A stretch of 64,000 bases of DNA from Takakia lepidozioides (taxonomy: Eukaryota > Plantae > Bryophyta), in assembly GCA_030704615.1 (NCBI GenBank), contig CM060733.1:72292001-72356000 (forward strand), written 5' to 3'. Shown in pieces: positions 50,608-62,851 of the stretch. Positions within the stretch are counted from its first letter, which is position 1; every line of letters starts with the position of its first letter. A program made the position numbers and the translations under genes. The notes beneath the pieces were generated by a model. That model ran no database searches, was not told the origin of the DNA, and worked only from the letters and a program-made list of their open reading frames with translations.

Positions 50608-52033
50608 TTTTATTGATCAAATTTTAGACTCAGTGGCTCGGAAAGAATGTTATAGTTTTATGGACTGCTTTTCCGGGTATAACCAAACAGCTATTGAGGA
50701 GAGTGATAAATTAAAAACAACATTTTCCACTATTTGGGGTACTTTTGTTTACCACGTCATGCCCTTTGGTTTGTGTAATGCTCCTGGGACATACCAACGG
50801 ACGATGGATAACGCTTTTCAAGAATATCTTAATGATTTTGTAAGAATATTTGTTGACGATTTATGTTGTTGCACTACTAAAAATGAACACCTTAAAGCTT
50901 TAAGAAAATGCTTTGAAAAATGTAGACTGTATAGCATAGCCCTCAATCCTATGAAGTGTTCTTTTAGGGCTAGGTATGGAGTTTTGCTAGGACACGTGAT
51001 TAGCCAAAAAGGACTTCAGGTAGATCCAGCAAAAATTGAGTTAATAATGAAAATGCCACCACCAACTAATGTGAGAGAAGTAGCTTCGTGGTATAAAGAG
51101 CTGGCAAAATTTTTATCTACACTTAAGTACCTGGAAGGATCTACAAAACCTGAGCGACGAAAACTACGCTTACAATCTGTCAAATTCAGCATTATTGCTG
51201 GAAAATTGTATCGAGAAGGTGTGGATGGGATGTATAGGCGTTGTGTTATTTCCGAAGAAATTCCAGTAATTTTAGAAGCCTGTCACGATAGTTGTTGCGG
51301 AGGTCACTTTGCGGGACTAACTACAACCCAAAAGATTTTAAGAGCAGGGTATTGGTGGCCAAGTATGTTTAAAGACTCATTTGAGTATGTTCAGAAATGC
51401 GATACTTGTCAACGGTTCACCGATCCTTTTATTAAGAGTCAAACTAGACCGCTTGTGCCAATCATAGCTTTGCTTCCATTTGAAAAATGGGGCATAGATT
51501 TTATGGGTCCATTTCACCCTACCTCAAGTTCTAGAAAAAATTATATTTTGGTAGCCACAGACTATTTTACAAAGTGGGCTGAGGCGATAGCTGTTAAGAA
51601 CGATGATGCCAAAACCACGGCTAATTTTTTATTTAATAATATCATCACCAGGTTTGGAGCCCCATATGCACTGGTCACGGATAGAGGTTCACATTTTCTT
51701 AATGATGTGATAAGCGATCTTACAGAGACCTTTAGTATAAAACATAGGAAAAGTACGCCTTATCATCCACAAGCTAATGGGTTAGCTGAGAGTACTAATA
51801 AAACGTTGGCTCAAATTTTACGAAAAACTGTAGATACCAATAAAAAAGACTGGGACTTAAAATTACGAGGGGCAGTTTGGACATATAACACTGCTATCAA
51901 AACTGTCACGGGTTTCACACCATATGCATTGGTCTATGGGACAGAGTGTGTGCTTCCTATAGAACATGAAATCCAGACCATTAGGACCGCCATGGCTCAT
52001 CGTACCTTTTATAGTGGGATTTGGGTCTCTTGA
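50602..52033 (+). mobile_element. Ty3/gypsy pol fragment: RT fused in frame to integrase, RNase H deleted
   Basis: FMDCFSGYNQ, MPFGLCNAPGTYQR, FVDD; PPPTNVREVAS joins directly to WYKELAKFL; integrase HHCC finger (CHDSCCGGH...CDTC), WGIDFMGP, TDRGSHF, PQANGLAE. Confidence 0.93.
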
Positions 52034-52387
52034 ATTCCAGCTTTACATAGTCGTCCTGCTCAGAACAGTTGTAACTGGTAGCAAGTTTTTAAGTGGTATG
52101 CAACATAGGTGTGCTAAGAAATGTGGACATGTTACATTTTAATTCTTGCAGTACACCCCTGCGATTGATATTTGGAGCATAGGGTGCATATTTGCGGAAG
52201 TATTGACGGGCATCATCTATACCCAAATAATCTCTTTGTAAAACAACTATGGAAATATAAATAAAATGATTCACTCATTATAAAGTCAAGGAGATTATTC
52301 TCTCTGTAAGAAGAACTTTGTTGGAACCCAAGATTTACTGTCCAACTTTGACAATAATATGCATTAACTTACAAGTGGTGCATATTA

Positions 52388-52825
52388 TTGAGAGAGAAGA
52401 CTCCGACCAAGGCCGGCGTAACTAAGAGCCACTTCGCCTTGCGGCTATTGCCTCCTTTCGGGGGTGGGACGCAGTTATTCATGGTACATTCATCCAATCA
52501 TTTTTCATCCTACATTCATCCTACATTCATCCATCCCTATTTGCCATTCATCATTGCTTGCTTCATCGAGAAGTTTTTCGTCGCTCATTCATCTCACATT
52601 TTTTTGTATGGAGCTCGGCGTCTTCAGTCCCGGCCAGGGTATGTTACCCTCCAATTTGCACAAGTTTGCGTCCACAACAATAGGCCCTGCTTCTTCCACG
52701 GTTATAGGCACCGCTTCCCTTATGTGCTCACGCTTAAGGGAATCTGCTACGAATAATAGAATCTGCTCACGCTTAGTACGCTAAGCGTGAGCGTGCTCAC
52801 GTGAACACGCTCACGCGCTAGCTTC
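52388..52825 (+). repeat. Dispersed repeat ending in hairpin GCGTGAGCGTG...CACGCTCACGC followed by GCTAG
   Basis: Similar to 30640-30970; hairpin at about 52785-52816. Confidence 0.65.
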
Positions 52826-52870
52826 TCTCGTAGGAAGACGTGTATTAATGTAAAACTAGCTGAATTGCCG

Positions 52871-53520
52871 CTAATGGAGTCGGCCGTTGACAGGCTCGAT
52901 GGTGATGTAGGAAGGCAGCACAAGCTCCTGCATCTTTGCTCGTTGAACCTGATTGTGCATGTTGTCGAATTCCTTCCTTGCATTGATCGCATCTACTAAT
53001 GTTGCCGGCCTTTGCTGCAAATCATGAAAGTGCGTACAATCTTTTAGTACCCCATCATTTAACTGAGTTAGAGGATTTTGGAGCTGCATCAGCTCCCAGA
53101 ATCTCATTTCAAAGTCCGCGATTTCCTCTGTAGGGCCTTGCCGGATTCTTGCTAGTGCCATCAGTACACTAGTAAATTGGTGCACCGCTCGAAAATGATC
53201 TAAGAACGGGTTGCGGATTTGCACCTAGGTGACAAAAGCCCATCACCGTGTTAGTGTTAATCATGGCACATGTACCAGGACCTCTTGAGGCACCCATCGT
53301 GTTTTCCGGTAGGCTTGGCCCCTCTCCCTCTACCTAGGCATTTGCCCTGGTTCTCAGGGGACGCACATGAGAACCCAGAGTATTATGTGAAGAATTTTAT
53401 TCAGAACTGTTATTCCAACCAGGCATTGAAGGATGCTTATTGGCTGATCTGTTTCCCACGACCATGAGGGGAAGAGCATCAACATGGTGGCAACACGCTC
53501 CAGATGAAGGAATGTCCATT
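52871..53520. mobile_element. Ty3/gypsy gag remnants in opposite orientations
   Basis: Minus 52871-53224: LARIRQGPTEEIADFEMRFWEL. Plus about 53330-53500: LPWFSGDAHENPEYYVKNF...LICFP, then after a frameshift MRGRASTWW. Confidence 0.7.
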
Positions 53521-53830
53521 TCCCAGTTCTGCTCATCCATGAGCATACGAATTTCATCTATGGGCGAATGAACGACGAGACTTGTCATTGTTCGTCTTTA
53601 ATAGGAACGATCTCGTCCGTCAGTTCACATGACCCTTAGTACATAAGCATTTGACCGTCAATATGAGGTCACAGTTCTGACTTACTCGGTTTGGGTCAAG
53701 AGATGAAAAAGATAAAGATAAAGTTTCTTTAACGTCCAGTGAATTTAGGGAGGAGCCCGGTGAAATGACGCCCGATACATTATCCGAAGAGTGTGAGGAA
53801 GAAAGAAGGTAAAAAGCTTTGGGAGAAAGA

Positions 53831-56800
53831 ATGGTGGCCATGGCAGCTGCGGCAGGCCTGGTGTCCGCGCCTGCTACTGCAGTATGGCTTTCTTCCGTTT
53901 CTGTTCTTCCTTTTCCGTCTCTACCTGGTACATTCTGTGAAATTTTCCTTCTGATGTCATGGAAGATAAAATGAGGGGTAGCAGGGGGCGATCCAGCTGA
54001 GGAGTTAGCGAGTAGCTGTCCGGACGTGTTCTGTATGTGTGGATACGAGTGTGTGAGTGAGAGTGTGAGTGTGAAAAGAGAAAGAGATAGAGAGAGAGAC
54101 AAGAGAGCTGTTGGCCATAGTGTATGAGACGATGAATATCAGCTGTAAGGCGATTTCCACTTCTTTATAGACACCTGACTGGAGAAAGAGTTTAAAATCA
54201 TCCATCTTGCAGGGATCCATGAGGTATCTTTGGAAATTAGGTCTGTTGAGATTGAAGAGTGCTATTGGTCTGCATTGGCCCGTGAAATGGGGGAGAGTCG
54301 AAGTACTTGTGTAGAATGTATGCTAATTCGAAAATATTTTGTTCTGAAATTCTTTGGGTGGCAGGGGCATATTCGAGAAGGTGCAGTTTCATGTCCATTG
54401 GTGCGCCCCGTGCGATGCTGCTTCAGAGGAATGTCGTTGTCTTTCTTTGAAACTCCAGTCTTGAGGTACCTGCTCTCAAATTTCCTGTTTTAAATTCAGG
54501 ATAATGTGTCTAGGACAGGCTCACAAGCTTTGGCTGTTTTGGAGTTATTATTACTTGGTTGGAAAAATTGTCTCAAACGTGATGGCAGTGAGAGCAAACT
54601 TCTTGTTGGTCTACCATAATGCTGTTTGATGTTTTGAGTTATATCTTTCTTTGAAACCTCTTGAGTTTATACACAATATTCTGCTGAAATGCATTTTCAC
54701 ATGTTCATGTCTTTGGTTATGTCCTCTTCCTGTTCTAGTTGTGAGCTGAACCCCTTTTCAACGCCACAGTCTCCAATCTAAATGATCCACACCTCAAATT
54801 TACTCTATGCACCAACACAAAATACTGTACGAGCTTCTCCTGCACCTATGATGAAGTAGTGGGACACAAGGGACCCCTCCTTCGGTGTTTGCCTGCCTGA
54901 AAGCTTAACCTGATACTATGCAACCAAACAGGGAGTAGGGGAAATGTGTACCCAATATGTGGGCAAGATACAAGGATAGTGTGTGTGATTTAATGAGCAT
55001 TCCTGACAACAAGAGGCTCTCTTTCAAGGCAATGAAATACTGTCTCTGCATGCTTTTCTGGTCAGTTGGAGACTTGAGACAATTTGCAACCCTTCTTGGG
55101 GCGGAATTTTTGGGTGAGAACTCGTGATGCTAGGGTAATGAGATAACTTGAGATTTGACTTCATCTGGACACTAAGCAGTTTTGCCCACAGTTCTGTTCT
55201 CCCCCTGTCCCCTTTCCTCCCTCTACACATCTCTGCTCGGTCCATTCCCTGCAGCTCCCTGGAGTGTGATCTCTGAATGGTAACAAGCGGACCCCTACCG
55301 CTTGGGAGCAGCCCCTCTGCCCAAAATGGGCAGTTGTATGCTCTGTCTAGCATACTCGGCACTTGGGCTAGGGTTGGTCCTTGTGCTTAAACCTGTAGCC
55401 TGCAAAATCAAACAATATATTATCCCTTGTCGATAGCAACACTCCCCAGGGTGATTCCTGGGAATTGGTTACTTATGCCAAATCTAGGGCTTCATGTGTA
55501 GTTTTTGGGGTGAATCCCAGGATGGACAATGTGTCCTTCAAAAGCTCCAGCTTAGGCCTGGATTATGTGGCTAATGGCTCCATCTTGAGACTTGATAACA
55601 GAGGTACCTTGAAGTTTTCAATGTCTAAAACTGCTACAAATAGCATCTCACATCATATCAACCTCAAAGAAATTCGTCCCTTGACTGGCTGGAGAGCGGT
55701 CTTAGACATTGGTGATTCAATGAGGCGCTCTAGGAAGACAAGAAAGGGCGAGGTCTTCAACTTGAAAGTTTCTAACGGGTTTGATGCCTTGGATGAGGTT
55801 GACACCAAGCAGCCAGACAGACTAGCTGACCCTAAGTGTGCTGAACCTGAACGTCGTGAGACAGAAGGATATGGTACTCTGAATGGTTTGCCAATCCTGA
55901 AAGTTTACACAAGACGAGCAAAATCTACACACAGGGTAATTGTCCCCCCTTTGCAGAACGGTTGGCCGTCCAGGAGCAACCATAAGCTATCTAGAGGCCA
56001 AACAATCCATATGCAAATGGCTGGCTTGCGGCTGGGCACTTTCAACTTCTCGGGGCTGACTAACCAAAGGAAACAATTTGAAGTGGGACAAGTTCTTCAG
56101 GCAAATGGTATTCATATCTGTGCAGGGCAAGAGACATGGGAAACTTCCGACAAACTGGTTGGAGATGTCATTGGTTATAGATGGTTCGGTAAGATGTGCG
56201 CTCTTAAGGCGGCCTCTGCCAAACGCGGTCAAAAAGGGGTTGGGTTCTTTGTCCGTGATTTCTTGTGTGACAATTGTGAAATTATCAACAAGGGTTTGCG
56301 GTATGAGCACAGTATCTGGCTGAAACTGAAATTGAAGGGCGTGAATACCAAGGACCTCTGTGTGGGTTGTGTTTACATGCCCACAGAGGGGACCCTCAGT
56401 GCTGATGCAGACAAAGCCTTTGAAGGCGTTAAACTGGACTGCGCTATGTTCCTCGCCATTGGGTGACTGCATGCCCGGGTGGGCAAAGCTCTTCACCAGG
56501 ATGATACCATTGGGCCTTTTGGTGAGGACGAGCTGAATTGGAATGGAAGACGGTTAATAAACTGTCTGGAAGAACTTCAGCTTTTGACCTCGAATAATAG
56601 GTCAAAAGAAGACCAATTTCAGTGGACTCGTGAGAAAGCCCAAACTGAGGAACGATCCATTGTGGATTATATCATAGTGGACAAGAATTTGTTTCCCCAG
56701 TGTACCAATGTGTTGATCGACAGAACTGATATCGGTACCTCTGACCACTTCCTGGTGTGGACTGAGATCAAAAGGTGTTTCGCCAACACTAAGAGATCTG

Positions 56801-59800
56801 TGAAACGTTCGATTCAGAAGTGGCGCATAGAAAAATTCCAAAATGAAAAGGTCAAGGCTGAGTATTTTCAGACCTTGCAAGAGTGTCTCCCTCAATTTGT
56901 CCATTCACTCCAAGATCTTCAGTCTCGATCTGGCAATGCAAGAAATGAAGTCGAAAGAGCGGTGGATGCTTGGGAGAGTTTCGTCTCCTCTGTGGCTGAC
57001 AAGATCATTGGGAGGAAAATAATTGTCTGCGGTAGAGCTGTTAATTGCTGGACCAATGAGATCAAACTCAAGATAGCCGAGAGACGAGTCCTCTATAAAG
57101 AGTGCTGCAAATTGAAAGCCAACAAAGAAATGTGGGCTAGGTACTACCAGATCCGCAAAGATATCAATCAGCTTGTAAGGTCTCAGAAGAAATTATATTG
57201 GGACAAGTAATATAGTGAAATAAACTCAAACCACTATGGTGGTAATGACAAGAGATTCTGGTTAGCCCTTCAACGTCTGTACAAGCTGAAAAATTGTCAG
57301 CAAGTACAAGCGCTGAGGACTACTAAGGGTGCAGTGGTGACTTCAACGGTTGACATTGTCAAAACCTTTCGCACCCCACTACAGTATCCTTGGGAGAAAT
57401 TCTAGGTCTAACAGTGAGGGATCTGCTGGTGAATGGAAGGATACAGTTGAAAAAAACTGTTCCTATGTTTCAAGACAGCCCTGAACTGGAGTATATTTCA
57501 AAGGGTTACAACGCTCCCATTAGTTCTTCTGAGATTATGGAAGCAATTGAGCATTTAAATGGATATAAAGCTGGTGGACCTGAGGGCATAGTCAACGAGC
57601 TTATCAAGCATGGTGGCGACCCAATGATAGAGGCCCTTGTACTTCTCTTTAACCTTATCTGGAGGACTGAATGATCCCTTTTCGCTGGCGACAGGGGGTC
57701 ATTATCAACCTATACAAGAAAGGTGACAAAGAAGAGCTGGGGAACTATCCAGGCGCAGTTGGCAAGATATTTTGCAGAGTTATAAGTACTCGTCTCAAGG
57801 TTGATCTGGAATCTAGAGGTTGTTTCCACGAAGCCCGAGCTGGCTTTCGGAGAAACAGGGGCTGTGTGGATCATGTCTTCACTCTAAGCCAGATTATCCA
57901 GGAAAGGAAAAAAGAAGGGAAACCCACTTTTGTTTTTTTCTTGGATGTCAAAAAGGCTTATAACACAGTGTGGAGAGATGGTCTATGGCTCCCACTCTGG
58001 TCATCTGGGATCAAGGGAAAGATGTGGAGAGTGGTCCATAACTTGTATGCTCACGCCAAAAACTGTGTCACTGTTGATGGACAGAAGTCTAACTTCTTTG
58101 ACATAGACCAAGGTGTAGCTGAAGGATGTACCCTCTCCCCTCTGCTCTTCAATGTTTTCGAAATTTAAACTCAGGGCGGGAAGCCTACCTTTGAACAGCA
58201 AACAGATGCAGAGAGGAAAGAGGGATTGCAATTGCCCGTTGTGTGGGCAACCTGAAGACAATATTCAATTTCTGATTCATTGTCCTGGGTACTCTCATGA
58301 GAGAGACGGCCTCTTCAAATCCATCAAGGGAATTGCCTGAACCTTTGTTTACCAACTTTGAAAGTCTCGAGGCTGAGCCAAAAGCCCAGGCCCTTTTGAG
58401 GCCTAGCTATTGGGCAAACCACACACAGCAGATTGATGCTTGTGTGAAGAGATTTCTAGAGGATATCTGAAAAACTCAGATTAATAGTCTGTTCCAAGGT
58501 AAGTCATACTACCGGCGTCAGCCCATGTTCCGCTCAAACAGAGCGCAGGGTCAATGGCTACAAGGCTACGGTAAACAACGTCTTATGAGTACATTCTCTG
58601 CTCGGTTCAATGGCCACAGGACTTGGGAATCCAAACGAGTGCATATATGCATGGGGTGTAAGGGACCACTGAAATAGTGCATAGATGCTCAGATTCTGGG
58701 GCAACAAGACTCATGGCTGGTGCAGACAGTAGAATCCATGAGCAACTGGGATTCAAGACATCCCATAAAAGATCTGGATGGGATAAAATATTCCCACGTA
58801 TTGTCCTAGATCTCGTGAGTTCTATGATGTAAGGTGGATGAATACCTAGTGAAAGCAAACACATCTTTCTTTTCAATCCTCTCATGGTCTGGGTTGGAAT
58901 ATATTTGCAGGGTTCTTCATCCCCAACTTCCAGTCCTTACACCAGCTCATTGCAGGCAGTCTGTCCTGCCAGTCTCAGCTACCCTCTCAGGCTCAGGTAC
59001 CAGCGTACTCTATATTATCTACCCCACAAACTGGCATGTAGGGGAACTTCCACCTGCTGTTATCTTCCCACTCATTCATTCCCTCTTCTCCTTTCTCGCA
59101 CACACTGCAGGACTCTTCCACTGAAAGTTGTATTAGTGCTAGTCCAAACTGGTGTGCCAGGTCTGTGGCCAAAAAGCAAGCACGGAAGCAAGCACGGTCT
59201 TATGCTTGTATCTCTCCCTAATCTCTCATTCTCTTTCCTATTGTACGGAGTGAGCTTTTGTGGCAACAAGGTTATGCAAGCACATCTGAATGGGTACACC
59301 TTGTGTGCACTTCCCTCTCTTTATCTCAGCCTCATGAGGGCTTTTGGGGTACAGGGCCACTTAGCAGCAAGAGTTCACTATCAATGATCAAAGAAGCACG
59401 CATTGAGGCTGAGCCTCCTCAAGATCAGAAGATCAAAGTGAGCCTAGGTGGCAACCACCTCTGCACTGTGCTATTTGGAACTTGAATTCAGCAGAGTCAG
59501 ATTAGCTGTTTGTCCAGAGTTCTTGTTGGTGAAAAGGTTTGCATCTACTTCCTTGAGATGAAAAGTGTCTGTCAAAGGATCAGTAGCCATGGATGAAGTG
59601 TGTTGTTCATAGCAACCTTAGACAGCAGGTATGCTGTGGTAACGTGGTGGGAGGAGAGAGAGAAATGTACTCATAAGAGGTTGTTTGCAGTAGCCTTGTG
59701 GCCGTAGACCCCACGCCCAGTTTGGGTGGTACAAAAAAGAACAGACTATTGTGAGGGACAGTAGTTACGGCGATATAAACAATTTGTTCGGGATAATTCA

Positions 59801-62800
59801 TACGTATATATATAAACAATTTGTCCATAGAAAACCCTTCACACAAGCATCAATCTGCTCCAACAGTTAGATCCCAACAGGGCTAGGGCTTAGGCTCAGC
59901 CTCAGAAAGTCGGTGAACAGAGGTGCAGCGACTATGTTATTGATGTAGCTGAAGAGGGTTGCTGTCTGATGAGAATAATACCCCAGACATTGTGGATATT
60001 CTCTTCCAGCTGGTTAGAGAATGCACTCATAAGACGTTGTTTGCTGTAGCCTTGTGGCCATAGACCCAGTTTGGACAGAACAAAAGGGAATCGATGCTAC
60101 CTTTGTGAGGGCTCACTCCGGTAGTGGGACTTACCTTCATATTATCAATTAGTTCGGGCTTCCCAGATACCCTCTAGAAAGCCCTTCACACGAGTATCAA
60201 CTTGCTGTGTGTGAGCTGCCCAGCTATTAGACCCCAACAGGGCAGGGCTTTAGGCTCAGCCTCAAGATTTTGAAAGTTGGTGAACAGAGGTGCAGGGACA
60301 ATGTTCTTGATTGTCCTAGTTACTGTGTTGAGGATTTCATAACAAAGCAAGTTTGGAAGGGGGTCACTCTCTGGTGAGAAAAACCGAAACAACATCAGAA
60401 AATGGATATTGTCTTCAGGCTGCCCGCATATCGGGCAATTACAATCTCCTCTTCCTCTCTGCATCTGTTTATTGTTCAAAGGTAGGCTTCCCGCCCTGAG
60501 TTTAACTTTCAGTCTAGTGCCAACCAAGGGTAGGTTCAAGCTGGTTAGAATGTACTCATAAGACGTTGTTTGCCGTAGCCTTTGTGGCCATTGACCCCGC
60601 ACCCAGTTTGAGCAGAACACCAAGGGACGGAAACTACCTTTGTCAGGGCCTGACGCCGGTAGTATGGCTTACCTTGGAACTGACAATTGATCCGAGCTTT
60701 CCAGATGTCCTCTAGAAATCTCTTTACACAAGCATCAATCTGCAGTGTGTGATTTGATCAACAACTAGGCCCCAAAAGAGCCTGGGCTTTTGGCAGGGCA
60801 TGGGCTTTTGGCTGGTTAGAGATTGTACTCATAAGACGTTGTTTGCCGTAGCCTTGTGGCCATTGACCCCGCGCCCAGTTTGAGCGGGAACAAAAGGGAC
60901 AGAACCTACCTCTGTCAGGGGCTGACGTTGGTAGTAAGACTTACCTCCATATAAGGAATTAATCCGGGTTTTCCAGATATCCTCTAGAAATCCCTTCACA
61001 CAAGCATCAATCTGCTGTGTGTGATTTGCCCAAAAACTAGGCCTCAGGAGGGCCTGGGCTTTTGGCTCAGCCTCGAGACTTTCAAAGTTGGTAAACAGGG
61101 GTACAGGCACAATTCCCTTAATAGAAGAGAATGGCTGGTTAGAGAGAGAGAGAATGTACTCATAAGACGTTGTTTGCCGTAGCTTTGTGGCCATAGACCC
61201 GGTGCCCAGTTCGTGCGGAACAAAAGGGACCAGAAACTACCTTTGTGAGGGGCTCACTCCAGTAGTGTGACTTACCTTGGTAAGAACAATTAGTTCGGGC
61301 TTTCCAGATATCCTCTAGAAAGCCCTTCACTGAAGCATCAATCTGCTGTGTGTGAGCAGTTGTGACTTCTGAGAGAGAGAGATTCTTATGTCAACAAGAA
61401 ACCCACGTCCTATAGGACGCAGTACAGAGAGAGGGCACAGGCAGACTGAGATACATGTGGAGGGAAAAGCAAGTGTGTATCTGAACTGTGTAGGTCGGTT
61501 GGTTTCTCATTGTACTGCACAGTATGTTCCGAGGACTTAATAGTGGTTCTGTTGATGTGTGATCAAATGCAGCTGAGAGTGGACTTTGCTGGTAAGGATA
61601 CACAAAGGGCTTATGACACAGTGGTAAGGGGACTGTCCAAAAACACACCCCCTACCAAAGGATTCCGCACAGCAAAAGGAGGTTAGCATTCCTATTTCCT
61701 GCCATCTTCAAAGTTCAAATTTACAATCATAGGACATAAATACATACCCTGAGAAGTGTTGTGCGGACTATTGCTTTGACCTCAAATCTGACTTGGCTTC
61801 TGTCTGTGCATGGATGGTTGGGTGGCGTTATCTACCACGGTGAGATCTGCAGGCAAGTCCGCTATTGTAAGTTCCTTCATATCAAGTACGAGTGTTTTTA
61901 ACTCCATATTTTAGAACCTTACGCTGGTTAAGAAGGGCTGTGAGCATCCGATTGCAGAGAGTGCAAAGAATCCTGGCCAAGAGAGGGGAAGTTCAGGGCT
62001 TGCTACTTGGTGCTCGTTCTAGGAATCTACGCAAAGACCACACATAATGGGAGACTCCAGCTGATATGGCCAGGTTGCCTTCCTGTGCGGAGGGGACCCA
62101 AATGGGTTTATTACGTTTCTTTCAAGAGCCAAGACCTTGTATTGCTGTTACATTCTGCTAACAATTTGTCATTTGAGACGGGAGTCATTCTTGTATCAAG
62201 GGACCTCAGGTCATCTCTCTCTCCTATCTTCCAAGTAATGTGACAGCTGTAGACAGTCTTTGGGAATTTGCGCAGGTCCCCACAGGTATTTTGATAAATA
62301 TGCTGGGCCAAGGGAGAGTGCGCAAGTTTGTAATCGAAGAAATTGTGCGCACTACCCTTGTTGAGTATGTGGAGAAGGTGAACCTACATCCCTTCTCCTT
62401 TTTGGTCAGTCAACACACTAATTCCTGATTGGTGTCCTGGCACCTTGTGTCACCATTTAAAACCTAAATTGCGAGAAAATGCGGGTATTCATGTGAGAAG
62501 ACATTATGACCATTCAGAAGACAAAAAGATCCTAAAGCTGCTATATGGCACATCAGGGCTTCAATGCAGGTCTCAAGAGTATCATCAGGATAACTTTAAC
62601 AAAAAGATACAAATGCTTTCGACACCTTTGTTGTATTGTTTTTTATTTGTTGCTCTTTTGAATGGATGCAGGAAGGTATCAAGGCAAAGAAGAATTTGAC
62701 CACTGAACAAAGTGCAGAGGAGCTAGATAAAGTGTTTGAGCCTGGGAAGGAGTTTGGGTTCAATGCAACCCTTGAACTTGAAGAAGAGATACCGGCAGAA

Positions 62801-62851
62801 AGTGAAACCAAGTCAGAAGCAGTTGACACGGAAGGGGTGCTAGCCACCTGA
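53831..62851 (+). CDS. Plastid trigger-factor-like protein (ribosome-binding N-domain only); exons 53831-53927, 54213-54223, 54365-54465, 58911-58996, 59355-59437, 61573-61681, 61853-61866, 62276-62377, 62672-62851
   Basis: The spliced product has an Ala/Ser-rich transit peptide, then KIKLRVDFAGKDTQRAYDTVVRGLSKNTPPTKGFRTAKGGKSAIVPTGILINMLGQGRVRKFVIEEIV...FEPGKEFGFNATLE, including the trigger-factor GFRxGK-like loop. All introns are GT-AG with compatible phases. The 5' exons are less certain. Confidence 0.85.
55245..58594 (+). mobile_element. Non-LTR retrotransposon (APE endonuclease + RT, RTE/RTEX- or L2-like), internally deleted, in intron 3 of the trigger-factor-like gene
   Basis: GTFNFSGL, CAGQETW, SIVDY and SDH (APE); FLDVKKAYNTVWR and QGVAEGCTLSPLLFNVF (RT), then a jump to KFKLRAG at about 58160 that removes YADD. 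TSD TCTCTGCTCGGT(C/T)CA at 55230-55244 and 58595-58609. Confidence 0.9.
59660..61357 (-). mobile_element. Stack of five head-to-tail 5'-truncated copies of the same LINE
   Basis: The family 3' end (reverse strand, AATGTACTCATAAGACGTTGTTTGC or close variants) occurs at about 59664, 60020, 60549, 60822, 61153; copies are separated by GCTGGTTAGA. Confidence 0.9.
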
